From contig OX597831.1 in the NCBI GenBank assembly GCA_951406725.2, positions 74,400,001 to 74,464,000 on the forward strand: DNA of 64,000 nucleotides. Reading direction: 5' to 3'. The notes below the pieces were generated by a model. The model worked only from the letters and a program-made list of their open reading frames with translations, was not told the DNA's origin and ran no database searches. Numbering within the stretch: the stretch's first letter is position 1; each line of letters opens with the position of its first letter. The stretch comes from Octopus vulgaris. Lineage: Eukaryota. Shown here in pieces: positions 14,467 through 28,617 of the stretch. The position numbers and the translations under genes are program-made.

Positions 14467-14674
14467 TAGCTATGACATGCTCTGAAGTTGAGAAGATAAA
14501 TTTATATCGTGTTATGCGTTGTATGGATATGACATTATAAAATAACCTAATACATCTAACGCCCTCTGTGCATCATTGACAACATTGTATATACAAGACG
14601 TTAACTCCCTTTGTATATCACCTCATAGAGAGTCTGTTGTAGCATGAGACATTTAACTGACTCTCTAAACTACA

Positions 14675-15070
14675 TCTCTCTCTATATTCAGCTGAAGTTG
14701 TCTTCAGTGTATGGCAGGTTTGGTAGCCTTCAACTAACACTATCTCCTCCGAGACCCTGTGGCGCAAGTTGACCAAAATTGAGAGTATGATAGAAGAAGG
14801 CTTGCTCTTCCTTCCGTAGAAGGAAAAATTCAAATCGGACCATGTTAACACCAAAAATTATTTACATCAAAAAGGTGCTTTTTTTTATGAAAACCCCTAT
14901 TTTTTACGATTTTTTGACTGCTGTGTCACCATTTTTCGGTGTATTTCAACCAGAAAAATTTTCACTTAAAGAGAGAATAACAAGCTACATAATGCAACAT
15001 TTTTACTTTTCAAAAATTCCAATTCTAAAGGGTCGAAACAAATCCGAGCAACGCCGGGCGATACTGCTAG
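14675..15070 (+). mobile_element. Non-autonomous Helitron
   Basis: 5' a|TC...TATAT start (exact start ambiguous); 3' hairpin CCGAGCAACGCCGGG then CTAG|t. Confidence 0.7.
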
Positions 15071-15744
15071 TAATTAATAAAATCCAACACAACGCACTCC
15101 ATAAAAAATGTATTTACATTTGGGTAAAATCTTATCACCCACACCAATTCCATATGTCAATCTACTGATCTCTCTACCTATATGTTTTGCAGTCTCTCCT
15201 CTCTCTCTCTCAATTGAGCCGTGTTAATGTCCTTGGGACACTGAACATTGATGTGGGTTGGAGTGTGTCCCTTGTACATAGAAAAACTAAATCATGTGCC
15301 TTGGTTAACCACCGCATATGTAACTGCATCGTTGATTTGACAGTATTGCATAATATATCGGCTTCACAGAAAACTCATTTAAGAGTCGTATATACCACCA
15401 TAGGGCTCTTTCACTGTCACAAAGTAAATTTGGTAAAGGAACAGCGATGAGTATAAAGACATCGTTTGTTCTGTCATGGACAGATCCATCTCACACAATA
15501 ATTCTTCAAAACAGTGCAATTTCTGAGAAAAAATATCATGAACAAACCATCTGATATCAATAACAAATAGAAAGAGAGAGAGAGCTAATGTGTCAACAAC
15601 TACGCTAAATGTATGCTGCTGTATACATATTCATGGGTATTAGTGTGTAATCATAGACCGGAACCATGGATACGGAAGCAACTTCAGACGTTAAATATGT
15701 GCCCGACACTGGCAGATTCCAATTAAATCCTTCCTAATCTATTC

Positions 15745-16877
15745 TTGACTTGAGACAGCATTCACCCGAGGTGGGTTGAGCTGGATTCATTCATCCTCAA
15801 TACTGCATCTCTCACAAACGCTGACCAGACCTGGCGATTTGAGTCTAACGACCGCGTGATCTCCAACCACTCCTTATTCCAGCGACGAACGCCGTAGATA
15901 TGGGGGTCTAGGTTGGGTTCCAGATCAGCCTTGACTGTCATCAGCCAGGTTTTTCGTTGTCCACCACATCGTTTTCGCCAACCCTGAAGGGGAGCTGGAG
16001 CAATTGCTTCGTAGATGAATTCTCCTGGTTGACGACGGAGGGCATGACCCAGCCAACGTAGACATCTCGTTAGGATGACTTGTCGGAGGGAGGTGATTCT
16101 GCACTGGTGTCGCACCGAATTGTTGGAGACAAAGTGATGCCATCGGACACGAAGGATGTGGCGTAGACAGAGGTGATCGAAGAATTCTAGTCGCTTAATA
16201 TCTTCCACCGTCATCGGCCATGACTCGTTGCCGTAAAGGGGAATCGTTCGCTCTAGTGCTTGGTAGATCCGTACTTTGGTGGTGCGTCGGATCTCAGATC
16301 TTGACTAGAGTCGTGCACTGAGTCCGTTGAAGGCTTGGCGAGCGAGGTCGATTCGTGTTTTAATGTCAGCCTCACCTTGACCTGTAGCTGTAATGATGGC
16401 GCCAAGGTATTTGAAACTCTCAACCTCTTCAAGAATATCCCCATTGAGGACAATGGGTGTTTTGTCTGGTGGGGCAAAGCCGGCTGTGAGGATTTTGGTC
16501 TTCGAAGCATTGGCTTTCATACCAATCTGCGATGCAACACGCTGGAGCTCATTGATAGCAAACTGGACGTCAGCAAATGTTTCGCCAAGTATCGCAATGT
16601 CATCTGCGTAGTCTAGATCCTTGACGGAAAAGTTGTGACCAACAGTGATACCGGGGGACTCCCTTAATGCATTTGTGGTGATCCAGTCGATGGCGTAATT
16701 GGAAAGAGTTGGCGAAAGAACACATCCTTGCCGAACGCCAGACCATATTTCGAAGGGTTCCGACACTTCACCATACACGTGTACGCGGGATCTTGTTGAG
16801 CGGTAATAAGTTTTGATAAGATTGAGAAGTTTAGGTGGGATACCATCTGCCTGCATGACCTTCCAGAGGATGTCACG
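15745..16877 (-). mobile_element. 5'-truncated RTE-clade LINE (RT and C-terminal region, frameshifted)
   Basis: GVRQGCVLSP, DLDYADD, FKYLG and LRWLGH motifs; (CAAGT)-type tail; direct repeat ATCTATTC at 15737-15744 and 16878-16885 (candidate TSD). Confidence 0.93.
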
Positions 16878-17576
16878 ATCTATTCGTGTTGTGACAATTC
16901 ATATTGCTTCAAAAGTGACAGTTAACGTCTCTGTACAAAGCCGAGCTGTAGGTGAGTACGCACTTCACAAAGATGTCCATGACAATTACTCTAACTTTAC
17001 CCGCGACCTCACTTCCATCGTAACTCTCAACACAAACATCGAACAGCGAGAAGTCTTTCTTTTCGACTCAGCAAAAGTCAGCAAAATATAAGAATGTCTT
17101 CCTAGCGTTCATGACAATTTCGGTGCTGAAGTCGCTAATCTTAGCGAATTGTAGAAATCCACGATATGGAATTGGATCGAAGCATTGGGTACTTTGTTCT
17201 TAAGAATGCAGACAACGGCAGCGCTGCAGTTCCATTCGACTAATCCATCGAGTTAACGATAGTCTTACGTGATCTGCACTGACCCATGGAAATAATCACC
17301 ACTTACCATCCAGTGGCATCGATTGCGTTTCGAAGTTATGACCGTCTTCCAGCGCTGAATCGTTCGAAAGATCAGAACCTTTTCGCTTCTATGGAAATTT
17401 TAGCCATGAAAATCGCAATAAAAATAAAAATTCAAATATGTATGTATGTAACTATGCATGCATGCATGCGTGTGTGTATTTTGTTCCTGTATGTATATAC
17501 GAGTGCGCCTGTATATGCATGTATAAGTACATATATATTTACACACACACGCACACACACATATATATACATATAT

Positions 17577-17721
<145 letters not shown>

Positions 17722-17830
17722 AGGATAAAAAAATTTTCGAAAAAAAAAATTTTATCAATGGGAAGCATTTTAAAAAATACCTTTAAAGGTTAAATTTATA
17801 AATAACTTATAAAATAAGTGAAAAAAAATT

Positions 17831-18029
17831 CTAATGCCAAATATGCCGGAAATAGACAAAATTGTCAATAACCATAATAATGAGGAGAAAATTCTTATGA
17901 ATTAACTCTGAAATTGGGACCAATACGGTAATAACGGAATTTTTTAGAAATTTCTTTCGGTTTGTTTCGAGACGCATAAATTATTATGGTTATTGACAAT
18001 TTTGTCTATTTTCGGCATATTTGGCATTA
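17831..18029. repeat. ~50-bp inverted repeat in a (TA)n-embedded element
   Basis: CTAATGCCAAATATGCCG..CCATAATAAT (17831-17881) is nearly the exact reverse complement of 17980-18029. Confidence 0.9.
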
Positions 18030-18059
18030 GGATTTTTCTTTTGCCCTTGTTTTATAAGT

Positions 18060-18173
<114 letters not shown>

Positions 18174-18525
18174 TATGTGTGTATGTGTGTATCTCTCTCT
18201 CTCTTTCTATCTGTATATATATATGTATATGTGTGTGAGTGTGTGTGTGTATGTATGTATATATATATATATATATATAGACAGATAGATACATGCATAC
18301 ATATATACATACATACACATATGCATACATGATGTGTAGTGTTTGTGTATACACTCACGTGCACATGCAACTACACACGCGCTCTCACTATGCCAGAGAC
18401 GGAAGTGGCCATCAGTGTGATGTTGTTTACACCCAAACAAATGTAAAGCAAATAATGACTACAAGTTGAAACAATAAACAGACTTCGTTTATTTAATGGG
18501 GTTTCTTTAAGCAAAATAATGCCAG

Positions 18526-18586
<61 letters not shown>

Positions 18587-18859
18587 TTGCTATTACAGAA
18601 ACGAAAAAAAAAAACGAAGGGAGGCAACTAACAGGAAATTAATGAAGGGGAGACCCCTTCTATTCAGCATATTCTTTTGATGGGAAAATATAAGCATTGT
18701 TGTCTTAAAATGAGTGTGAAACGAGAGGGTGTGGGTGTGGGGTAGACAAGGGCTTCTTCACAGGAAATTAGATTTAGTTAAATATGACACATAAATAAAT
18801 AAATAGATAGATAGATTGATAGATGGATAAGCACACAAAATCACATTTATATATACTGT

Positions 18860-18931
<72 letters not shown>

Positions 18932-19071
18932 GGTGGGGTTGTGTCGACCGCACGTGGAGAAATGATAGGCAAGGAAAAATTATAAAAAGACAGAATGCTA
19001 AATTGGAGGTAAATTTTAATGAAAATGGATGTATGGAAGAATTTTTTTAAAACCTTTTCTTTTCACCTTAC

Positions 19072-19113
19072 AATTCTTGAAAAGTCGCATTGCGACGAAA
19101 ACCGGTTTGAATT
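19072..19113 (+). ncRNA. Minimal type I hammerhead-ribozyme fold with U3-A8 core
   Basis: AATTC-TTGAAAA-GTCGC(ATT)GCGAC-GAA-AACCGGTT-T-GAATT: perfect stems I and II and a palindromic stem III. Lies between inverted arms at about 18971-19043 and 19135-19207. Confidence 0.65.
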
Positions 19114-19205
19114 AATATATATATATTTATTTTTAATTTTCCATACATCAATTTTCATTAAAGTTTACCTTCAATTTAGCATTCTGCCTTTTTATAATTT
19201 TTCCT

Positions 19206-19266
<61 letters not shown>

Positions 19267-19610
19267 GTCTGGGGAAAGTCATTCTATTTTGGTGCCTTAT
19301 AATTTAACACACTCACCGGTCTGGTTTCCACTCATTTACTTATTTATTTTCCCTAAAGTTTCGTTGCATCTTGCAACCTTTTCAATAGTTGTGGATTCTG
19401 TCTATTATTCAAGCAGCTTGACTAACATAGCTTGACAACCGATGCTGGTGTGTTTACGTCCCCGTAACTCATCGGTTCGGCAAAAGAGACCAACAGAATA
19501 AGTATTAGGCTTACAAAGAATAAGTCCTGGGGTCAATTTACTCGATTATGGCCGCAGTCAAATGATTGAAACAAGTAAAAGAAAAAACAATAAAAAAGAA
19601 CATATATATG

Positions 19611-19644
<34 letters not shown>

Positions 19645-20413
19645 CATAAATATGAATGTGTGTATGTGTGTGTGTATGAGTATGTGCGAGTAATGAATAT
19701 ATGTATGATGAGGGAAAGGCTCAATCGTGACTAAGCTAGTACACTTTTACAGTTGGATAAACAGGACAGAAAAGAACTTAAAATACAAACCCGCAAAGGA
19801 ATGTCAGGCAAAGTCGACATCAGGGGAATTTGAACTCAGGACATAAAGAACAATCCTGTTACGCATTTTGTTCGACGCGCTAACACATCTACCAGTTTGC
19901 TGTTCTGGAAAGAGGGAGAATAAAACCGAAACTTGTCCAGAATTGTCGCCGGACGTAACTTATACCTCATTTCGGAAATCGAAACCGTATCACTGGAGTT
20001 AGCCAGTAACTTTCTTCTCTTACTTTACATTTCCCTCTTCTTTCTCCTCTCCGCTTTCTCTTTTCCTTCTCTCCCTTCTTTCCTACTTTCTTTTCTCTTC
20101 TCTTTCTTTCCAGTTTCTTCACATCTTTTCTTTCACCCCTCTTTCTCTTCTCTCCTATTTCCCTTATCTATCTCGTCTACCCCTCTTTATCCCTCCTCCT
20201 TCTGCTCTTCCTCTTCCTCTTTGCACCAAGAGACCCCCAACTATGTCTGTTCCATTCCATTGGTCAACAACACCAATCAATGTCTAATTACTCTTAAACT
20301 TGTCACTCTTCCAAATAAATTAATCAAACAAATTAATGGCCACCATTAAACCATCCACACCGCCATTCTTTCTGCGAAGATACAAACACGTGTGTATGTG
20401 CCTATATATGTAT

Positions 20414-20455
<42 letters not shown>

Positions 20456-20495
20456 CTGTGCTTCAGAGAAAATGCGTTAATGTATATGAGTATGA

Positions 20496-20559
<64 letters not shown>

Positions 20560-20574
20560 ATGTATTTGTGTGTG

Positions 20575-20752
20575 TATGTACATATATACATAAATGCGTT
20601 TGTGTATATACACACTCGGACACACATACAGATATACGTGTGTTTATCTATCTATATATATATATATATAGATAGATAGATAAACACACGTATATCTGTA
20701 TGTGTGTCCGAGTGTGTATATACACAAACGCATTTATGTATATATGTACATA
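20575..20752. repeat. Near-perfect palindrome centred on (TA)n
   Basis: ~80-bp arms are reverse complements apart from one GATA unit. Confidence 0.9.
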
Positions 20753-20883
<131 letters not shown>

Positions 20884-21638
20884 GTGTGTGTGTGTGTGTG
20901 TATATATACATATATGTGACTGCAAATGTGTATATGCCCAAATATATATGTGTGTGCGTATGAATATATATATATAAATGACAATTTATTTTGTACATTT
21001 TGTTCTTTTTCTTGTTTCCTCTTTGCTAATCCTGATATTGATATTGTTGTTGTTGTTGTTGTTGTTATTGTTATTGTTGTCAATCTCCTCTCATCCAACC
21101 AACCTATTCCATACAACCACCAGCCTTGTTATCACAGCTTCAGTAAACAAACCAATCACATAATGATATCAAAATAAACAGAGAGATAATCAATCACACA
21201 GCGATATCAAAACGTAACATTCAAAAACCAACACACACCTATTTAGACCGTCGCCATAGCAGCTGCTGTGTGATGCGGGCTAATCCATCGCCTCGGGATA
21301 ACCCAGCATTTGTGATCAAGGAATGTTTAATTTTAGCAAGCGTCTAACAAGGACAGGCCTATTGGATCACATATGCCAGCACCGTCAAGAGAATCCATGA
21401 ACTCATTGAGAATGGATCCATATTTTCCGATCTAGTCTGACTTTTTGTCGAAGACAAGGTTTTACGAGCGCATGCATCATGTGTGTGTGTGTGTGTGTGT
21501 TTGTGTGTGTGTGCGTGCGTGCACGTGTGTGTGCGTGTATAAATATATTTAAAAACAACTTCAAGTTTTTCAAATTCATGTGCCTTTTCAAACAAATTCT
21601 ATATTTTTTCCTGCGTGGGAATACATCTCTTCTTTCCA

Positions 21639-21658
21639 TACATACATACATACATACA

Positions 21659-21710
<52 letters not shown>

Positions 21711-21833
21711 CATACATATATATATACATATATTTATATATATACATACATATATATATACATATATTTATATATATACATATATATATATATATTTATA
21801 TATATACATATATATATATATATTTATATATAC

Positions 21834-21905
<72 letters not shown>

Positions 21906-21915
21906 TACATATATT

Positions 21916-21969
<54 letters not shown>

Positions 21970-22064
21970 CATATATATATATATACATATACATATATAT
22001 ATACATATATATACATATATATATATATATACATACATACATATATATATACATATACATACAT

Positions 22065-22099
<35 letters not shown>

Positions 22100-22100
22100 C
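21639..22100. repeat. (TACA)n/(TA)n microsatellite
   Basis: Directly visible. Confidence 0.95.
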
Positions 22101-22799
22101 ACGATGGACTTAGCCGGAAATTGAAAACGGATTGGTGGAGTCAACCAGTAACTTTCTTTTCTCTTTTCAAAGGAATAACGGTATCAAAGCTTCCTCTTAG
22201 ATACCTTCAGAAAAATCTCAGAACTGTTTCCAAAGATTAGCACTTAAGATTAGGGTAGCAATGAACTTAACCGAAGCTGATTTTCTGCATGCTTTCCTAT
22301 ATCTAAATTCCAATGCTTACAAACCCTTTCATAAACTTTATGAAACACTTTAGATACATAAACAGGTATTCCTGCAAAGACCACTTATTATGTTTTAAAA
22401 TCTTACAGTAACTATTAGTATGATAATAGTATGGAAGTCTAACTGCGTCTCTTCCAAAGAAGTTTTCGATAGAGCGGTTCCTTGCTACAATGAGGCTGTA
22501 GCAGATTGCAGCTTCTAGTAAAAAGTGTTTCATACACCCAGCACAACACACAATCAGAAATTAGAAACAGGCTCAAAAATATTATATGCTTTGCGCCCCA
22601 TTTTCTCTTTTAAGAGCAATTTAAGAAAAAAGAAAAAAACTTGTTAGGCCCTGCAAGGTAAATATTTTCCTGGCCATCATAGACATACAAAAAGAATCTT
22701 CACTCAGGGAAGATATGCTGCGCCAATATGAAAATAATCATCTCAAGCAAATCCACCAACCAAGCCATCCCAAACTGGTCAGACGTTTCTGCTGGAGTA

Positions 22800-22988
22800 A
22801 TTAGGGTTCCGCCAGTACAGTCCAGGGTTTCTGCAAGAAGTTACAAAACTGCTAAAATCGGCAGTAATTTTTAAGTCTCCTGTGCAGATATGTGTACATA
22901 AGACTATTAAATTATTGCACAGGGGTTCCTCGAGCCAGTGGAATGTTTCCTTGGGGTTCCGCTCTAGCAAAAGGTTTGAAAAGCACTG
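22800..22988. mobile_element. hAT-like non-autonomous element end
   Basis: Repeated GGGGTTCC subterminal motifs and terminus GTTTGAAAAGCACTG, typical of hAT/Charlie MITEs. Confidence 0.5.
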
Positions 22989-23315
22989 GATCAGACATAC
23001 AACATTAAGTCGGTAGCTTATGAAGCTGAAGTCATCTCAGCCATGTTGAACCAATCGATCGATTACGAAAGTTAAAGAGACTCGTATGAGGAGACGTTTA
23101 AGAAAATGGTTTGCAATCACAAGTCATCCAGGATGCACCAATAACAAAATAAAAAAAACTCCAGAACACTTGAAAAATGATAAATCGAAACATAGGCCCC
23201 TTCGTTAAATGCGGATCCTCAAAAGAGCAAAGTTTTATATGAATGATTCGAGAAAATCCCGTCTTTTCATAGGAGAAAGAAAGCACATCTTGCTTCAAAC
23301 AAATAACTCAGATAA

Positions 23316-23711
23316 TCTTTATATATAAAAGTGAGGTTGTGTGCTGTCTGTCTCCTACGATTTAGATTCCTAACTACTCCCACATTTTGCGGTGCAGTTT
23401 AACCAAAAGCGGGTATCTTATAGTCGTGATTCATATCGAGCCCTTCTGGGTATTAGCGCGCGTCTACGATGAGTCTACGATTTTTAAAAAATTTACCATC
23501 AATTTTTCCTATTTTTAATGCATTTTTTGGCATATATAAGGGAAGTAACTCTCTAAAAATTTATTATTAAATCTCAGAACGTAAAAAGCTTCAGTAACAC
23601 CCCACCTTTGTGGTTAGCCATATTGAGATGGCTATTGTACTTTACATCTCTAAAAATGCTTCTATAGTTATTTCCCTTACAAAGCCGAGCAACGCCGAGC
23701 GATACTGCTAG
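23316..23711 (+). mobile_element. Non-autonomous Helitron
   Basis: a|TCTTTATATATAAA start, short (CTGT) tract, and 3' CCGAGCAACGCCGAGCGATACTGCTAG|t; inserted between A and T with no TSD. Confidence 0.8.
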
Positions 23712-23923
23712 TTATATATAAAGACAAGAACGGAGATATTCACTATCTGTGTCGACGCGGAAAGATTCATCCTGTCATCCTGTCCAACTGGAAAGTCACA
23801 TCAATGCCTCATTAGCAGCGCCACCCAACACTAGACATATTCAGATGTCACATCCTCCTTTCCCGACTTTTTTCTCCCTTCAGCCTTCCCTATATCTCAA
23901 ATTCACCACACTCTAAACGCCGC

Positions 23924-23979
<56 letters not shown>

Positions 23980-24454
23980 GCTATATATGTGTATCAGCTC
24001 ATCTATGAAACAACAACTTACAGTTTCTTTCTTGATGCGCTGTACACAAGATACATCAACACAGGCACATTTCCAACATAAACCTTCCTAGATACTGCAG
24101 GGACCCATCTTGCAAAATGCCAGAATGATTATTAGCAACACAAGGAACACAGCCCATGTCTACGTGGATCTGAATTGCCGCCCTTGGATTTCAATATTTG
24201 TGCGGGCGTAATATCTTCTGACATTTCAAGGGACGTAACGCAGTATTGTGTTCACCTGTGTTACGCCCCAACCACAATATTTACATTGACCCAGGGACCA
24301 AGTTTTTTGGCAAGTTTTTCTCATATGTTAACGTCGGTCATTGTATGGCAAACAGCAACAAAACAACCTGCTGAAGACACGAACTCGATGGAGCTCGATA
24401 TTGTGTACATAAGACTTGAGTTCTATTTCAAAGCTATTAGTACTGTTTGTTCCT

Positions 24455-24735
24455 TCTCGAGCCATGCCTGGCGCATAAGGGCCGGCTTCCCAGTTTCCTT
24501 GGCGTATAGGTTCCCCACCTGAACGGGACGCCGGTCCTTCGCAGGTGAGCTGCAAGATGCAGGAGGAAAGAATGAGAGAAAGTTGTGGCGAAAATGTCAG
24601 CAGAAGTTTGCCATTACCTTCTGCCGGAGCCGCGTGGAGCTTATGAGTTTCACTCATAAACACACACATTGCCCGGTCTGAGATTCGAACCCGCGATCCC
24701 TCGACCGCGAATCCGCTGCTCTAACCACTAGACCA
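24455..24735 (-). mobile_element. tRNA-derived SINE family C
   Basis: Head TGGTCTAGTGGTTAGAGCAGCGG...GGTTCGAATCTC with the AAGCTCCACG/CTCCGGCAG body. Confidence 0.8.
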
Positions 24736-24744
24736 TGGTGATGA

Positions 24745-25560
24745 GAGCATTCGACAGCGCGGATATCTGTGACCTCATAGGGATTTATATACTGGACACC
24801 TTCCCCGTCGGTTCTTTTCGGTCTATACAGAGACAACGCTTTAACCAACTCTAGAGGCGCTAATCGGCATGCCCTAGATAGGCTTATGAAGGGCCTAATT
24901 CGCACCCAGGGCTCCCTTGGCCTTAAAATTACAATTGAGACCAACCATACCATTGCTAACTTTTTAGATGTTACGCTAGACTTGGGTGCCTGATCAAACA
25001 AGCCCTTCCGCAAACCAAGGGCTGTCGTACATTAACACTGCCTCATTCCACCCACCTATCATGATGAAGGATATCAGTGAGAGGATTTCGAACCTGTCCT
25101 CGAGTAAAGAGATTTTCGACACCGCAGCTCCTATTTCAACGAGGCGTTTGGGTTTAAGGACCGCATTTTCTATATATCTTATCCTCATATACACAAAAGG
25201 AAGTTCCACCGTAAAGTTGTTTCGTTTACCCAATACTTCTCACTCAACATCAAGATCAGCATAGGTTTAGTGGATTACTACATCACACAGTCACATAAAT
25301 ACGGGCGATTGTTTAATAGTCACAACTTAAAGGTCCCTTTCAGCTATATACCCAACGTCAAAAAATTTTTTGTGAACACCCCTAAACCCTGTGCAGAGGC
25401 AGGGTATTCATGCAGGGTTAGCAATGAGTGTTCAGTGGGTGGGTGTTGGTCGGGGGGATGCAAATCCAAAGCCGTGGTCTATGAAGCTGAGACAGTACCC
25501 GGCATTAACGGCAGCAGCAAGAGCAGCCGTTCAAGAATTTGGACCTAGAGATCTCCATTT
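24745..25560 (+). mobile_element. Degenerate Penelope-like RT/linker fragment
   Basis: GLYRDNAL...LGLKITIETN..NFLDVTLDL, YINTASFHPP..ERISNLSSSKEIF and Cys-rich VVYEAE remnants. Confidence 0.82.
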
Positions 25561-26241
25561 CCAGCGACTATATACACACACATGCACACACGTATAAAAA
25601 CGTTCGTATCCTTGAAATGTATTGAGCATTTCCAGTCACTGAACCTGTCAACAAACGATACACAAATGTGAGGGGGGATGGGAGAAAGAAAGAAAGAACG
25701 AGAGCGAGGGAAAGTGAATGGGAGAGACAGACAGAGACGGAGATAAAATAAGTAGGAGACTTTAAAATATATACGGGGATCGATATGGTCGACGAATATG
25801 TTTAAAGGCGGCGCCTCAGCTTGGTCGCGCGTGACATGCAATCAAAATATATATCACAAAAATAAAAGTTGTCACCGAATATTTGTTGGATAGAACTGTC
25901 GTCCCCATCGACTCAACCACCGCCACCACCACCACCGCCGCCGCCGCCACCATCACCACCACCACCACCGCCGCCGCCGCCACCACCACCACCACCGTCG
26001 TCGTCGTCATCAGTACCACAGTTATCATTTCACAACCATTTCTAGGTGTCGTGGAGGCGGGGGGGACCTTTCTGCAAGCAGTTTTTAATAGGTTAAGGAA
26101 ACAACAAATCTGTGACCCCCAACCTTCCCTTACGAGTCATGGATACAAGGATCTCTTTCTCTCTCTCTCTCTTTCTCTCTCTCCCTCTCTTCCCCCCTCT
26201 CTCTCTCACACACACACACACATGGAAAAGAAAGACTGAAT

Positions 26242-26280
<39 letters not shown>

Positions 26281-26597
26281 TGGGTTTTCACAGGAATACT
26301 TGCCCCCACCCACCCACTTCCTTCTTCTATTTTCCTAAGGAAACAGCAATTTGTGAAATGGTAGAACCAAGGTTGGCAGCGTCAACTGACCCACATTCTG
26401 CAGCAGCGTTCCTTGTTTTTGCTTTCGGTTTTCTCCTGACACCAAAGTCACTTTTTTCACTTATTTATTCATGTTAAGACTTTTTTCTAAAAAATGTTTT
26501 CATTTATTTATTTATCAAATCTCGATCTGTCAGTCTTTCTTCTCTCGTAACCTTTCCCATCGCTCTATCCCTCAGCTTAGAGAGTACAGAGTAGTAG

Positions 26598-26643
<46 letters not shown>

Positions 26644-26734
26644 CGGTGGTGGTAGTAGTAGCAACAGCAGCAGCCGTATGTTTGGTATGCAGCGTTCCAA
26701 GTTCCAGTTAACATTTTTTTTTACTTCTTTCATT

Positions 26735-27065
26735 CCTTAGACTGCGGTTTGTTTTTTTAACGAATCGACGCCAGTAGTTATTGTATCGGTCTCTTTTGCC
26801 GAACCGCTATGTTACGAGGACATAAACGCACCGACACCGGCGGTTGCCAAGTGGTGGTTGTGGTGGAGGAGGGACAAGCACAGAAAGACTCACACACATA
26901 CACATATGTATACACATATACGACAGGCTTCTTTCAGTTTCCATCAACCAAATCCACTTACAAGGTTACGGTCGGCCTGAGGTTATATAATAGAAGACAC
27001 TTGCCCAAGGTGCCATGCATTAAGACTGAACCAGGAACGACGTGGTTGGGAAGCAAATATCTTAT
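26735..27065 (-). mobile_element. SINE family A (diverged)
   Basis: Reverse complement of the family A body. Confidence 0.8.
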
Positions 27066-27854
27066 TATATCTTACCACGTCTGCGCCAAACTATCGAAGT
27101 CTAATCATTCGCGACGCCTACCGTGAAATCAGAAATGCTTATCAATTGTTAACACATCAAGCAAGTTCAGTTGTAAAATGTGCAGGACGCTTTCGTGCAT
27201 GTCATAGGAGAGTAGCCTCCCCTTTTCAGACAACACTGTGCTCAACACACTCGTCTCATTGATGCACGACACTCTGGAACACCGGTGTTTCGACATGTTT
27301 CGTCTCGTCAGTCAGAAACAACTGGAATGTTGAGACTAGCGAAATCAGCTGGTTTTGTTCACGCATTTTTCTTTTTAATTAAGTTTCTTTAATGAAGAAA
27401 TGCTAATGATGTTATAAGCCAAATGGATAAACATTTGGCTTTATATCTACGGAGTTCTGGTTTCGATCCCATTGCACGGCATCTTATACAAATGTCATTT
27501 TCTATTATCTTGGGCTTACCCATACTTTGTGTAGGAAAATGGGTGGGCAGAAACTGATTGGAAGCCCGTCGGGTGGATTGTACCCATAATACAAAAGGTA
27601 TGGTTTTGTTATACACTCACTGTGTCGCACTGATTCTGTCTGAGAATTACATTAGGGGTTCACATTTCTGTGGAGTACTCAGCCACACAGACATTAATTC
27701 AAGAGGGGGTCATTCACTCGATCGAAAATTGAATCCACATCGTCAAGTGACGGAGATCCATGATTACTTAAGTTGCCATTAACATATTCGATGGAGTAAG
27801 AGAAAAACAAAACAAAGTTAGTCATTTTTGCCTAATTCGGTAAATGTGAGAAAC

Positions 27855-27900
27855 AACTTCGAACATGTTTCGGACTTACTACGCCCTCATCAGCCACTTG
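27855..27900 (-). ncRNA. Hammerhead-ribozyme-like core (stem I decayed)
   Basis: Minus strand CTGATGA-GGGC(GTAGTAA)GTCC-GAA-ACATGT-T with a palindromic stem III; flanked by an imperfect inverted repeat (~27796-27945). Confidence 0.5.
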
Positions 27901-28617
27901 TAGAGAATAACCTACTAAAATGACTCACTTTCTTTTTTTACTTTTTTAAATAAATTATTCCGTTTTAAAAATATTAAACACTAAATCAGAATTACTATAT
28001 TGAATATGTCGACATTAACTTAACTGTTGTTTTCTAATGTAGATGGCGTCTCAGGGTAATTTTACCACGAAAAATATGAATATTACTTAATCCTCGTCTT
28101 TATGTGCGTTTTTATCAATCAATATTTTACCAATATAATGGTGAATGTTCGCTTCTTTGACGATGTGGAGAAAATCTTGGGAAATGGTCATGAAATGAGA
28201 CACGTATTTGAATTCCAGGAAGGAATTTCTGTGTCATAAACTCTGATAAACATAGTCCGTTCCTTTGGGTCCATTCGGTTTAAGAAGGTGAAATGTACTT
28301 AACATTTATTCAGGGTTCCATGGCGTTAAGTAGAAACCCTATATATCCTCCTCCTCCTCCTCCTCGTCTACCTACGCTAATCAATCACAAAATTTTTACA
28401 GGTGTAAAGAACTGAGCACGGCGCTGAGAGGTCACTAAGTTCAGGTCAGCTGTACTCTGCCACCATTAACTGCCTTGGGGTTACTTAGAGTAGGGATCAC
28501 CAACTCAGTAACCTCGGTTTGAAACGGATCGTTTTCTTCTCCTTCTTCTTCTGCTTCTCATCATCATCATCATCATTATTATTATTATTACTAATATTGT
28601 TATTATTATTATTACTA

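Noticed and set aside
21359-21425. Signal-peptide-like [20 protein letters not shown]
   Set aside because: It is followed immediately by a stop with no donor site.
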